Assembly: GCA_027338645.1 (NCBI GenBank)
Contig: DAHWSH010000011.1
Span: forward strand, 130,546 to 194,545
Direction: 5' to 3'
Origin: Pseudomonadota bacterium
Lineage (GTDB): Bacteria > Pseudomonadota > Gammaproteobacteria > JAKAQQ01
Length of the DNA stretch: 64,000 bases
The notes under the pieces are model-generated. The model was not told the DNA's origin. It worked only from the letters and a program-made list of their open reading frames with translations, and did not search any database. This document shows, one piece after another, positions 31,028 to 40,972 of the stretch. The stretch's first letter is position 1. The number at the start of each line of letters is the position of its first letter. Position numbers and translations under genes: made by a program.

Positions 31028-32215
31028 TCAGATCACATGAAAAGGCAGCTCGCCGGTCAGGGCTCTCATGTCCCGGTGTTTCCAGAGCTCCCAATTCTCC
31101 TGTCCAGGTACCGGCTCAAGCCGGTAGTGCGCGAAGATCTCCTCAAACAAAACACTGATCCCGTCCAAGACATGTGAAACGAGTGGACTGACCGTCTCTC
31201 CCCAAATCTCCTCAGGGTTCCGGGACGGATGTCCAGATGTGCCATCGGGTACGGGCTCAAAATGCTCGAAGTCCATTGCACCTTCAAGTAAACGGGGGCA
31301 AAAGAGCAGCACCACTCCTGGCGGGATCCGATCAGCCCCGAGCCGGTATTCATGGCATGTAATCCTTCCCTGGATCCAGCGAGGAGGCAAAAGTCGCCAG
31401 CATTCTCCAAGTGCATGGCGGATCCATCCGGGGGCCATGTGCTCACTGGGGAAATGGAAAGCCGCACCATGCTCTCCCTGTTCAACGAAAACAAGGAAGG
31501 CCGCCAAAATCGCAAGTTCCAGTTCAGGTCCAGCCTGACTGAGCCGATACAGTTGGATGGTCCGGCGGCTAGATTCTTGCGCTTCCCGGCGAGTCGCTTC
31601 ATTAGCCTGCCAGCCGGAAACGGATTGCGGGAAAACCCGAAACCAGCCTGTCTTCCGCTTTCGAGCATTCGCCGTGCTGGGATCGAAATCGCCCCAAAAA
31701 GCCCGTTGGCGGGCCCGGGCAAAGGTTTCTTCAGATATATTACGATCTTCCACTGCCAAGGAGTCCGGCATGAGCCCTAAACCCTCAAGCAGTAAATTAG
31801 CCATGATTTGGACCTCACGGGGCAGGGAAAGGAGTGCCCCAGCATGCCAGTGGGCCTTACATTGTTCCTGCCACCGTTCTCGCAGGGAATCGCTCGCACG
31901 AATCTCTAGCGGTTTGGTCTGTATTCCGGGAGTTCCCGGACCTTGACTGGGGAGGGGATCCTTCGGCCCGGATCCTTTAGGCCAAGGTGCGAGAACATCA
32001 ATCGATGGATTCCGAATCTCATTGATTTCCTGAGGTTTTGTCACGCACAGGTAGAGCCGGCCCCGGTACTTCAAAAGAGCCTGACCATGGGCGTTACCTT
32101 GGCACCGTTCACGGAGAAAGCAGCACAAGGCGGGATCCCAAAGCAGGATTCCACGGGAGACCCGATCCAGGTTACGGCTAAGGTCAGCAGGCAACGGCTG
32201 GGGATCCAGTTTCAT
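31028..32215 (-). CDS. Hypothetical protein (395 aa)
   Basis: Long ORF co-directional with its neighbours; no motif I can assign. Confidence 0.5.
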   Translation of the reverse strand: MKLDPQPLPADLSRNLDRVSRGILLWDPALCCFLRERCQGNAHGQALLKYRGRLYLCVTKPQEINEIRNPSIDVLAPWPKGSGPKDPLPSQGPGTPGIQTKPLEIRASDSLRERWQEQCKAHWHAGALLSLPREVQIMANLLLEGLGLMPDSLAVEDRNISEETFARARQRAFWGDFDPSTANARKRKTGWFRVFPQSVSGWQANEATRREAQESSRRTIQLYRLSQAGPELELAILAAFLVFVEQGEHGAAFHFPSEHMAPGWIRHALGECWRLLPPRWIQGRITCHEYRLGADRIPPGVVLLFCPRLLEGAMDFEHFEPVPDGTSGHPSRNPEEIWGETVSPLVSHVLDGISVLFEEIFAHYRLEPVPGQENWELWKHRDMRALTGELPFHVI

Positions 32216-32263
32216 GTTACGACCTGAGCGGTACCATCAACCGCATTTCAAGCCGATCCTGGC

Positions 32264-33715
32264 TCAATCTAAAGCGAGCAGATCCATGAGGTCGGAGACC
32301 GGCCGACCGGCCTGTTCCTGCCAGGGAGCGTCCAGGAAAGCGGAGATCGCCTCTGCCCGAACCGGCGCCAGCCGGGCCAGCCCTGCCATGAACTTTCGGG
32401 ACAGTCGTGGTCGAGCCTCTTCCCGCCGTTCGCGGTGCCCAAGCGGGATCTCGACCACCACCCGCTCGCTTGAGGGACCTTCTTTAAAGTGGATCTGGAG
32501 AGCATTGCCAATATAACGCTTCTCCGGATCATAGTAGCGGCGGGTAAAGTCCGGATTTTCGACGACCCGCATCTTGGAACGAAGCCTGTCGATCCACGGG
32601 TCGGATGCCGGACCCTCTTCATAGTCTTGAGCCACTAACCGTCCCCTCAAAAGCGCACTCGCCACGATGTACTGAAGGCAGTGATCCCGGTCGGCCGGAT
32701 TGCGGAGCGGTCCGGTCTTGTCGATGATACGGATGGCCGCACTTTGGGTTTCGATCACGATTTCGGTGATCTCATCCAGACGATCACGAACGGCAGGGTG
32801 CAGGCGGACCGCCGCCTCGGCTGCAGTCTGTCCATGGAATTCCGCTGGGAAGTCCACCTTGTAAAGGATGTTCTCCATGACATAACTGCCGAGTGGTCGA
32901 TCGAGTTGGAGTGGCGTATCCCTCATGACGACCGCACCGAACCCCCAGCGTGGAGCAGAGAGAATCCGGGGATAACCCATCTCGCCACGCAAGCTCAGCA
33001 GAGCCAGCTCGATACCTCGACAGGTGGCATCCGCAGCCGCCCAGGATTTTCGCGACCCGGTATTGGGATGATGTCGGTAGGCCCGGAGTGGGCCCCCATC
33101 GGCAAATGCCTGAGTGAGCGCATTTTCAATGGTCTGGCGAGAACCGCCGAGAAGTCGGCTCACGATTCCCGCTGACGCGACCCGAACATAAACCACGTGG
33201 TCAATCCCCACTGCATTAAGCGAATTGGCAAGGGCCAGGATCCCCTGAATCTCGTAGGCCTCGATCATCGCCGACAAAAGGTCACGGACCGTCACGATGA
33301 CCGGATTTTTCCTTCGGCAGAGGTAATCGGATAAGGGAAGGAGCGCCCCGAGATTATCCGAAGGATGCGCCCACTCGGCCGCCAGCCAAGTATCGTTATA
33401 GTCCAGCCAGCGGATCAGGGCGCCAGTATCGAACGCGGCCTTCATGAGATCAAGCTCGCAACTGGAACCCGGGACACGGGCGCCCAGACGGGGGCCACTC
33501 GTCCCCGGAACCCACGGACCGAGAAGCTTCGTGCAGTCCGGGTGGTCGAGCGCCATAAAGGCAACCCCGATGGAATCACGGAGACTTAACCAGGCCGTCT
33601 CATAAGCTAGTGGCGGGTGGGCAGGCGGGGAAGCCACATACTCGGCCAGTTCGGCGATGAGCGGATCGGTCTCCAGACTGAAACCTTCCATCCTCGGGTT
33701 GCGTTCAACGCTCAT
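32264..33715 (-). CDS. prpD: 2-methylcitrate dehydratase (MmgE/PrpD family)
   Basis: 483 aa, collinear with E. coli PrpD (LLGPWVPGT...IRWLDYNDTWLAAEWAHPSDNLGA...YRHHPNTGSRKSWAAADAT...DRDHCLQY). Confidence 0.93.
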   Translation of the reverse strand: MSVERNPRMEGFSLETDPLIAELAEYVASPPAHPPLAYETAWLSLRDSIGVAFMALDHPDCTKLLGPWVPGTSGPRLGARVPGSSCELDLMKAAFDTGALIRWLDYNDTWLAAEWAHPSDNLGALLPLSDYLCRRKNPVIVTVRDLLSAMIEAYEIQGILALANSLNAVGIDHVVYVRVASAGIVSRLLGGSRQTIENALTQAFADGGPLRAYRHHPNTGSRKSWAAADATCRGIELALLSLRGEMGYPRILSAPRWGFGAVVMRDTPLQLDRPLGSYVMENILYKVDFPAEFHGQTAAEAAVRLHPAVRDRLDEITEIVIETQSAAIRIIDKTGPLRNPADRDHCLQYIVASALLRGRLVAQDYEEGPASDPWIDRLRSKMRVVENPDFTRRYYDPEKRYIGNALQIHFKEGPSSERVVVEIPLGHRERREEARPRLSRKFMAGLARLAPVRAEAISAFLDAPWQEQAGRPVSDLMDLLALD

Positions 33716-33718
33716 GGA

Positions 33719-34840
33719 TTATCGTTCCCGAAGAGCAGGCCATGGCCGGGGTTCCGGGCCGATGTAACCTGCATCCGGGCGAATCAGGCGGTTGTTGGCC
33801 CTCTGCTCAAATACGTGTGCTGACCACCCGCTCGTTCGGGAACAGACGAACAGCGGCGTGAAGAGTGGTGTTGGGATTCCCATAAAATGGTAGGCGGTTG
33901 CACTGTAAAAATCCAGATTCGGAAAAAGTTTTTTCTCGTCCCACATCACCTGCTCGATTGCCTCCGAGACCTCAAAATAGTGCCGGTCGGGATGATGTTC
34001 CGAAAGTTGGCACGACCATTCTTTGATAATGGCATTGCGGGGATCGTGGTCCCGGTAAACCCGGTGCCCGAATCCCATGATTTTCTCCTTGGTCTCAAGT
34101 GCGCGAAGGATACCCTGACGAGCTGAGGCAGGTGTCTTATAGCGAGAAATCATCTGCATGGCAGCTTCGTTCGCCCCACCGTGAAGCGGACCACGCAGTG
34201 TCCCGATCGCTCCTGTCAGACAGGAATGAAAATCGGAAAGCGTAGCAGCGCAAACTCGCGCAGTGAATGTCGATGCATTGAACTCGTGTTCCGCGTAGAG
34301 AATGAGGGAGACATCAAGGGCCCGACACGTGAGCGTCTCGGGTTCCCGGCCATGCAATAAGGTCAGGAAATGAGAGGCGATGGATGCACCACCCTTGACC
34401 GTATCAATCCGCTTCCCGGACTGGTGGTAGTGGTACCAGTAAAGCAGGATAGAAGGGAAAATTGAGAGCAGTCGGATCGCTGCGGGAACCTCCTGGCTAA
34501 AATCGTTTTCGGGTTCGAGACAGCCCAGAAAGGAACAGCCGGTCCGGAGTACATCCATGGGATGGGCAGTTGCGGGCAACCGCTCCAGGAGGCGAGCCAG
34601 TGGGTCGGGCAGCGCCCGGGCAGACGCTAAGGCCCGGACGAAGTCAGAAAGTGCCCTCTGATCTGGTGCGTGCCCATAAAGGAGCAGGTAGGCCACTTCT
34701 TCGAAGTTGGCGTCCCGAGCCAGTGACTCGATCGAATAGCCGCGATAGGTGAGCCCGACCCCTTCTTTTCCCACTGTGGAGATTGCCGTCTCGCCAGCGA
34801 CGACGCCCGCCAGCCCACCGGTTTTCTTGCTTTCGGTCAT
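33719..34840 (-). CDS. prpC: 2-methylcitrate synthase / citrate synthase family
   Basis: 373 aa; [12 protein letters not shown], citrate-synthase catalytic region GHRVY..DPR. Confidence 0.92.
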   Translation of the reverse strand: MTESKKTGGLAGVVAGETAISTVGKEGVGLTYRGYSIESLARDANFEEVAYLLLYGHAPDQRALSDFVRALASARALPDPLARLLERLPATAHPMDVLRTGCSFLGCLEPENDFSQEVPAAIRLLSIFPSILLYWYHYHQSGKRIDTVKGGASIASHFLTLLHGREPETLTCRALDVSLILYAEHEFNASTFTARVCAATLSDFHSCLTGAIGTLRGPLHGGANEAAMQMISRYKTPASARQGILRALETKEKIMGFGHRVYRDHDPRNAIIKEWSCQLSEHHPDRHYFEVSEAIEQVMWDEKKLFPNLDFYSATAYHFMGIPTPLFTPLFVCSRTSGWSAHVFEQRANNRLIRPDAGYIGPEPRPWPALRER

Positions 34841-35742
34841 CGGTTCTCCTCCTCAGGGAATGATGCAGGAATCGTTTGCGCACCAAAAAGCTGGTCAAGT
34901 TTCCGTTCGTATTCCCAGTACCCGAGTACTTGGTAGAGTGCTTCACGGGTCTGGAGTTGATCCATGAGGGACTTTTGGCTTCCGGCTTTGCGAAGCGTTT
35001 TGTAGGTTTCCTGTGCGGCTTGTCCCATCGCACGGAACACCGTCAGGGGATACAGCACGAGACGGATCCCTGCCATCCGATATTCCTCGCGATCAAAAAT
35101 CGGCGTCCGTCCAAACTCCGTGGCATTGGCGAGTACCGGAACGGACACGGCTCGGGTCAGGGCTGCATAGGATTCAAGGTCGGTCAGCGCCTCGGCAAAA
35201 ATCGAATCTGCGCCTACGTCCACATAGGCTTGGGCTCGCTGGATTACCCCCTCCAGACCCTCGCTGGCGAACGCATCGGTTCGGGCCATGACAACCTGTT
35301 CTGGATCGGTCCGTGCATCCACAGCGGCCCGGATCCGATCCTGCATCTCGGTGACGCTGACGAGCTGTTTGCCCGGGCGGTGACCGCATCGCTTCGCCGC
35401 CACCTGATCTTCGATATGAAAAGCAGCAACTCCCGCCCGGGTCAACTCGCGGACCATACGGGCAATGTTGAGGGCGGTGCCAAATCCCGTATCGACATCC
35501 ACCAGGAGTGGCAGTGACGTCACGTCGGTAATGCGCCGGGCTTCCTCCACCACTTCGCTGAGCGTGGTGAGCGCCAGATCCGGCAGTCCGAAAGCCGCGT
35601 TGGCCACACCTGCACCCGACAGGTAGAGCGCACTGAAACCCGCCTGCCCAGCCAGACGGGCACAGTAGGCATTGATCGCTCCCACCACCTGCAACGGATA
35701 TTCCGTATCCCAAGCGGCTCGGAACCGTTGACCCGGGGTCAT
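34837..35742 (-). CDS. prpB: 2-methylisocitrate lyase
   Basis: Near-collinear with E. coli PrpB from [25 protein letters not shown] ([23 protein letters not shown]). Track ORF 34837..35790; start placed at the internal M. Confidence 0.93.
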   Translation of the reverse strand: MTPGQRFRAAWDTEYPLQVVGAINAYCARLAGQAGFSALYLSGAGVANAAFGLPDLALTTLSEVVEEARRITDVTSLPLLVDVDTGFGTALNIARMVRELTRAGVAAFHIEDQVAAKRCGHRPGKQLVSVTEMQDRIRAAVDARTDPEQVVMARTDAFASEGLEGVIQRAQAYVDVGADSIFAEALTDLESYAALTRAVSVPVLANATEFGRTPIFDREEYRMAGIRLVLYPLTVFRAMGQAAQETYKTLRKAGSQKSLMDQLQTREALYQVLGYWEYERKLDQLFGAQTIPASFPEEENR

Positions 35743-35786
35743 CACGAATCTCCAGTAGACGACCGTGTATTTTACACTGTGACCGG

Positions 35787-36797
35787 TCAAAGTTCCGGGT
35801 GAATACGAACCACAATCCGTCCGAAATGCGAGGGATGTTCTTGGGACGCAAAGAATGCCGGTAGTTCATCAAAAGCCAGTTGACGAGGAGCCATCCGTGC
35901 AAGTGCCCGAGGCCGCCAGTCTTGGGCCAAACGGGTCCAGAGCTCCCCCCGGGTGGCTGGTTCCACCTGGGTTGAGTTGATCCCGATCAAACGGACTCCG
36001 CGCAGGATAAAAGGGAAAACGGAGGTTTCGAGCCGTGTGGAAGCAGCCATGCCGATGGCCGCAATCACTGCCCGGGGCTGTGCAGACCGGATCATCCAGG
36101 AGAGAACCTGTCCACCTAGATTGTCGACACCCGCTGCCCACTGCCCACGGAGCAGTGGACGTAGGCTCGGATCAAGCTCTCCAGAGTCGAGCACTTCCCG
36201 GGCACCGAGGTCCAGAAGCTCGCGTTGCCAGGCAGCTTGACGGGTTAGCGCCGTGACCGCATATCCCTGACCGGCTAACAGATCCACCATAAAACATCCG
36301 ACCCCACTATTTGCACCACTTACAACCACCGAACCGGATTCGGACCCGATCCCACCCTCACGGATCGCCTGATAGGCCAAGGCTGCTGTGAATCCCGCAG
36401 TTCCGATCTGCATCGCCTCAAGCGGGGTCAACCCCGGATCCAGCCGGATGAGTTGTTCGGGATCGAGTCGCGCATATTCGGCGTATCCGCCGTCACGCAT
36501 CTCGCCCAGCCCTCCTCCGACAGCAGCCACCTGACAGCCAACCGGGAAAGCAGGATCTCCGGAATCAATGACTTCCCCAGCGAGATCGATCCCCCCGATC
36601 AACTGGCTCCGCCGCAGGATTTGTCCCCGTCCGGTCGCTGCCAGAAGATCTTTGTAGTTGATGCCCGAGTAGTGGACCCGGATCCCGATGGATCCCGGAT
36701 CCAGTGTCTCCCACGAAATCCGTTCCCAATGGATCCCGATACCTCCTGCTTCCTGGCGGAAACGGAGTACGAGAAAAGGTTTTTGCGGGATACTCAT
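35787..36797 (-). CDS. acuI: YhdH/AcuI-family zinc-independent MDR oxidoreductase (putative acrylyl-CoA reductase)
   Basis: 336 aa; VHYSGINYKDLLA...G and a Rossmann GANSGVG motif typical of the YhdH/AcuI subfamily. Stop and start overlap with neighbours. Confidence 0.75.
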   Translation of the reverse strand: MSIPQKPFLVLRFRQEAGGIGIHWERISWETLDPGSIGIRVHYSGINYKDLLAATGRGQILRRSQLIGGIDLAGEVIDSGDPAFPVGCQVAAVGGGLGEMRDGGYAEYARLDPEQLIRLDPGLTPLEAMQIGTAGFTAALAYQAIREGGIGSESGSVVVSGANSGVGCFMVDLLAGQGYAVTALTRQAAWQRELLDLGAREVLDSGELDPSLRPLLRGQWAAGVDNLGGQVLSWMIRSAQPRAVIAAIGMAASTRLETSVFPFILRGVRLIGINSTQVEPATRGELWTRLAQDWRPRALARMAPRQLAFDELPAFFASQEHPSHFGRIVVRIHPEL

Positions 36798-37750
36798 GCC
36801 AGCTGACGGGAGACCCAGTGATCCAGCCCCATGGCATTCAGGTGGATGTCGAATGGAAGCAGCTGCTCGTACACGGTAACCGCGTCGGCAACTCCATGTT
36901 CGCGCAGGCGGTTGACTGTATGCAGCCGGAGTGCACTGAAAATGGCTTCCAGCCGCCTAGGTGCATCACGGTATTCTTGAGCCGTCCTTTCATAAAAATC
37001 GATCTCGGTCCGCAGGGTTTGGGCCAGCGTCTCGAGGGATCGATCGACTTGGCTGTAATGCGCAAGGAATATCCTCTGGGGACTGACTGCCATAATACGT
37101 TTCAACGTAACACGCGCCTCGAACGGATCGAACTGCGTCGGCGTCGTGGTGGGGAAAACAAAAGAACCTGCTTTCGTCTCGAGTTCCCGATAGGCAATAC
37201 CAAAACAGTCGCCTGCGAAAACCCCTTGGCTTCGCGGGTCGTAAAGGCAGAAATGGTGCCGAGCATGACCCTCGGTATGCCAGACCTCGAGATGCGAGTC
37301 GCCTAGAGTCATCCGTTCTCCATCTTTCACGCTCCGGATCCGTTCTTCCTGGATTGGAACAAGGTGCCCGAAGAGACGGTCGAATACCTCGGCTCCGTAA
37401 ACCGCCCTTGTGGCAGCCTCCAGCCGTCTCGGGTCGACCATGTGCGGTACCCCGCGCGGATGCAGCACAGCATGGGCATTGGGGAGCATCCGCATTAATT
37501 CTCCGGCCCCACCTGCATGATCGAGATGAACATGGGTAATAAATAGGTAGCGAACCTGGGAAGCATCCAGACCCAAATGATCCAATGCACCGAGCAGACG
37601 GGGAACCGCAGAGTTGGCGCCCACATCGACGAAAGCGGCTTCACCGTCCCGGACGACCAAGTGGCTGGCCATCGCCCCTGGACGGAAATAGCCCGAGTCA
37701 ATGGCATGGATGCCGGCCTCGTATGATTCAATCCCCAGCGGTTCCCTCAT
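36794..37750 (-). CDS. MBL-fold metallo-hydrolase
   Basis: HxHxDH motif (ITHVHLDHAGG); start uncertain (internal M MREPLG... chosen; track ORF runs to 37891). Confidence 0.7.
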   Translation of the reverse strand: MREPLGIESYEAGIHAIDSGYFRPGAMASHLVVRDGEAAFVDVGANSAVPRLLGALDHLGLDASQVRYLFITHVHLDHAGGAGELMRMLPNAHAVLHPRGVPHMVDPRRLEAATRAVYGAEVFDRLFGHLVPIQEERIRSVKDGERMTLGDSHLEVWHTEGHARHHFCLYDPRSQGVFAGDCFGIAYRELETKAGSFVFPTTTPTQFDPFEARVTLKRIMAVSPQRIFLAHYSQVDRSLETLAQTLRTEIDFYERTAQEYRDAPRRLEAIFSALRLHTVNRLREHGVADAVTVYEQLLPFDIHLNAMGLDHWVSRQLA

Positions 37751-38253
37751 GGCTGCAGCCCATTCGGTGACGGGTCGGCGGGCGGTAGAGCATGTAGAAC
37801 TTCCTCTTCGAGTGTGGCTGGCTCTACTTCCGATGGGAAGCGGGCAATCAACCGGCCTTGCGAGTTCACGAGAAATTTCTCGAAGTTCCATCGGATATCG
37901 CCCGGGAAACCTTGCTGTGAATCAACGAGCCAGGCAAACAGGGCATGACGGCTAATCCCATTGACTTCCATCTTCCGGGTCAACGGGAAAGTGACGTGAT
38001 AACGATCCCGGCAGAAGGCAAGGATTTCCGGTTCCGCTTCCGGTTCCTGACCACCGAACTGGTTGCAGGGTACACCGAGCAGGCTGAAGCCGCGATCGCG
38101 ATGGCGGACATAAAGAGCTTCAAGACCATGGTATTGAGGTGTATAGCCACACCGGCTTGCCACATTGACCACGAGTACCGCGTGCCCACGGTAGTTCCCA
38201 AAGCGGATCGGCCTCCCCTCAATTCCCTCGATTTCAAAATCGTAAAAACGACT
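37747..38253 (-). CDS. gpx: Glutathione peroxidase (Cys-type)
   Basis: [42 protein letters not shown] and LLGVPCNQFGGQEP motifs. ATG overlaps the mnmG stop. Confidence 0.9.
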   Translation of the reverse strand, partial: SRFYDFEIEGIEGRPIRFGNYRGHAVLVVNVASRCGYTPQYHGLEALYVRHRDRGFSLLGVPCNQFGGQEPEAEPEILAFCRDRYHVTFPLTRKMEVNGISRHALFAWLVDSQQGFPGDIRWNFEKFLVNSQGRLIARFPSEVEPATLEEEVLHALPPADPSPNGLQP

Positions 38254-40199
38254 CATGAAACTTTCTCCCCCGGCTCTGGGCACGGAGGGATCGGGGGTTC
38301 TCGATAAGACGGCACTTCGCTTCGGCGCAGATGTACCAATAGCAGGGCGAGAGCAGCTGGAGTCATGCCATCAATGGTAGAGGCTTGCTGCAGGGTTCTC
38401 GGGCGTGCGAGACGAAGTTTCATGGCCAACTCCCGGGACAGACCAGGGATGCGATCGAATTCGAAATGGGGGGGGAATTGTCGTTCGCGCTCTCGTTCAA
38501 GACGTTGGCGCTCAAGCCGCTGTCGGTCAAGATAGCCCGCGTAACGCAGTTCAATCTCGATCCCGAGTCCGATCCGCGGGTCGTCAAGTCCGGGTCCGAG
38601 ACCAGGAAATGTCATGAGTCGTGCGTAATCGAGTTCCGGTCGCCGGAGGAGATCCAGTGCCGAAGTGGGTGCCTCGAGGTGTATTCCCAAACTGGATACC
38701 ACTCGCTGAGTCTCCGGATCCTGGGGATTGACCATCCAGCGCTCCAGACGCTCCCGTTCGGCGGTTGCCTGTCGGGTTTTATCCTCAAACATCCGCCACT
38801 GTGTATCACTGACCAATCCAAGACTGCGCGCAAGCGGTGTCAGACGCTGGTCCGCATTGTCCCCCCGCAGGAAGAGGCGGTACTCGGCGCGACTGGTGAA
38901 CATCCGATAGGGTTCCCGGGTCCCCCGTACCGTCAGATCATCGATCATGACTCCGAGATAGCTGTACTCCCGTTGCGGGTACCAAAGGTCCCGACCGGCT
39001 GCGCGGAGCGCTGCATTGATTCCGGCCACAAGGCCTTGTGCCGCCGCTTCTTCGTAACCCGTCGTTCCATTGATTTGTCCGGCTAGAAACAGGTTGGTCA
39101 ATTGACGGGTCTCGAGCGTGTGGTAAAGGTTCCGTGGATCGAAATAATCGTACTCAATGGCATACCCGGGCCGGGTCAGATGGGCCTGCTCAAGTCCAGG
39201 AATGGTCCGCACAAAAGCCTGTTGCACCTCAAATGGCAGGCTGGTCGAAATACCGTTCGGATAAAGTTCGGGCGTATCCAGTCCCTCGGGCTCAAGAAAG
39301 ATCTGGTGGCGGGGCCGGTCAGCGAAACGGGTCACCTTGTCCTCGATCGACGGACAGTAGCGGGGACCAATTCCCTCGATCGCTCCACTGAACATTGGTG
39401 ATCGGCCGAGGTTCTCCCGAATAAGCTCGTGTGTCTCTTCGTTGGTATAAGTAATGTGGCAAACCAACTGGCGCAGTGCACCAGGAGGAGCCGACGCGAA
39501 GGAAAAGTACGGTGGGGGCCATTCTCCTTCCTGCCGTTCGAGACGGGAAAAATCGACCGTGCGACCATCGATCCTGGGCGGTGTTCCCGTCTTGAGCCGC
39601 CCGACCGGCAAGGAAAGTTCGCGAAGTCGCACGGCCAGACGGTTGGACGGAGCATCGCCAGAACGTCCGCCGCTGGATTGTGACTCGCCGACATGGATGC
39701 GCCCACCTAAGAAGGTCCCGACAGTCAGGACGACCGCCGGTGCGAAGAAACAACAGTCAAACTCGGTTCGCACTCCCGTCACCCGATCCTGTTCGACAAG
39801 GAGGTCTGCGACCGGCTGCTGGGCGATGCGGAGCCCTGGGGTTGTCTCCAGCTTCTGACGAATAACCTGGCGGTAAAGCGTCCGGTCGCACTGAGCGCGG
39901 ACGGCACGGACGGCATATCCTTTGCTGGCGTTGAGTGTCCGCCAATGGATACCGGCTTGATCTGCAGCCCACCCCATGAGACCACCCATGGCATCAATTT
40001 CACGGACAAGATGCCCCTTGCCGATTCCGCCCACCGCTGGGTTACAGCTCATTTGCCCTAAGGTTTCGATGTTCTGCGTCAGGAGAAGGGTCCGGGCACC
40101 CATTCGGGCCGCTGCATGGGCAGCCTCTGTTCCGGCATGCCCACCCCCTACGACAATGACATCGTAGTGCGCTTCGGCACTCGCCTTGTATTGGTTCAT
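38253..40199 (-). CDS. mnmG: tRNA uridine-5-carboxymethylaminomethyl modification enzyme MnmG (GidA)
   Basis: Start at [41 protein letters not shown] (FAD motif); the track ORF is over-extended by 8 codons. Confidence 0.96.
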   Translation of the reverse strand: MNQYKASAEAHYDVIVVGGGHAGTEAAHAAARMGARTLLLTQNIETLGQMSCNPAVGGIGKGHLVREIDAMGGLMGWAADQAGIHWRTLNASKGYAVRAVRAQCDRTLYRQVIRQKLETTPGLRIAQQPVADLLVEQDRVTGVRTEFDCCFFAPAVVLTVGTFLGGRIHVGESQSSGGRSGDAPSNRLAVRLRELSLPVGRLKTGTPPRIDGRTVDFSRLERQEGEWPPPYFSFASAPPGALRQLVCHITYTNEETHELIRENLGRSPMFSGAIEGIGPRYCPSIEDKVTRFADRPRHQIFLEPEGLDTPELYPNGISTSLPFEVQQAFVRTIPGLEQAHLTRPGYAIEYDYFDPRNLYHTLETRQLTNLFLAGQINGTTGYEEAAAQGLVAGINAALRAAGRDLWYPQREYSYLGVMIDDLTVRGTREPYRMFTSRAEYRLFLRGDNADQRLTPLARSLGLVSDTQWRMFEDKTRQATAERERLERWMVNPQDPETQRVVSSLGIHLEAPTSALDLLRRPELDYARLMTFPGLGPGLDDPRIGLGIEIELRYAGYLDRQRLERQRLERERERQFPPHFEFDRIPGLSRELAMKLRLARPRTLQQASTIDGMTPAALALLLVHLRRSEVPSYREPPIPPCPEPGEKVS

Positions 40200-40378
40200 A
40201 AACCCACCTCTGGGTTCTATCATATCGTGTCACCCGATCTGGGATTTGGGGCAATGGATCAAGAGGGCGACGTCAGCGCCCGGCAAGTTTATACTGACAG
40301 ATAGAGAGGCCCAACTACCCGGATGACCTTTCACTCTTACACCATCCAATCCCGACACTGTGCCCGGAGGAGGTATCC

Positions 40379-40879
40379 ATGTCCACTCGAACGAGATTGC
40401 TGACGCTTGGTCTCTCCATCGGGACCCTCCTTCTCCTAGGAATCTCCTGGAGTTCGGCTCGTCCCATACCCATGAACCCATCACACGCCCCGTCGAGGGC
40501 CCTGCCGTGGGTGCCGGTTCCTATGCTGATGCCCATTGTCTGGCACAGTGCGGTCGAACTCCGTCTGACTCCCTCCCAGGAAAGCAGCCTGTTGAAGTGG
40601 CGGAACGACCAGATGCACAAATGGGTCGCCTCGCGCCATCAGGTCATGCGAGACAACCTGGCTCTGAGAAAAGCCCTGCTAGACGGAAAACCTGAAAACG
40701 CTTTGAATGCGCTCGTGGCCGCCGTTCACAAAGACCAGGCCCGGATGCTCGACACCGGGATCGATCAGGTGGAATATCTGCACCGATTGCTCACTCCAAA
40801 GCAATGGAAACAGTTGATCGCGCTCTACCGGTTCCGGATGATGAAAGGGGGATGGGACCCGCAATTCATGCGGCGGTAA
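40379..40879 (+). CDS. Periplasmic LTXXQ-motif protein (CpxP/Spy-like)
   Basis: 166 aa; signal peptide, two LTPxQ motifs (LTPSQESSLLKW, LTPKQWKQLIALY), helical and charged. Confidence 0.55.
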   Translation: MSTRTRLLTLGLSIGTLLLLGISWSSARPIPMNPSHAPSRALPWVPVPMLMPIVWHSAVELRLTPSQESSLLKWRNDQMHKWVASRHQVMRDNLALRKALLDGKPENALNALVAAVHKDQARMLDTGIDQVEYLHRLLTPKQWKQLIALYRFRMMKGGWDPQFMRR

Positions 40880-40972
40880 ACACCTGTAAAACCGCTTCCA
40901 GCGCCTATGATTGAAACAAACCCGCGATCCATAGCCATCGATCCATGCAGTGGGAGGTTTCCCGGCATCCGC

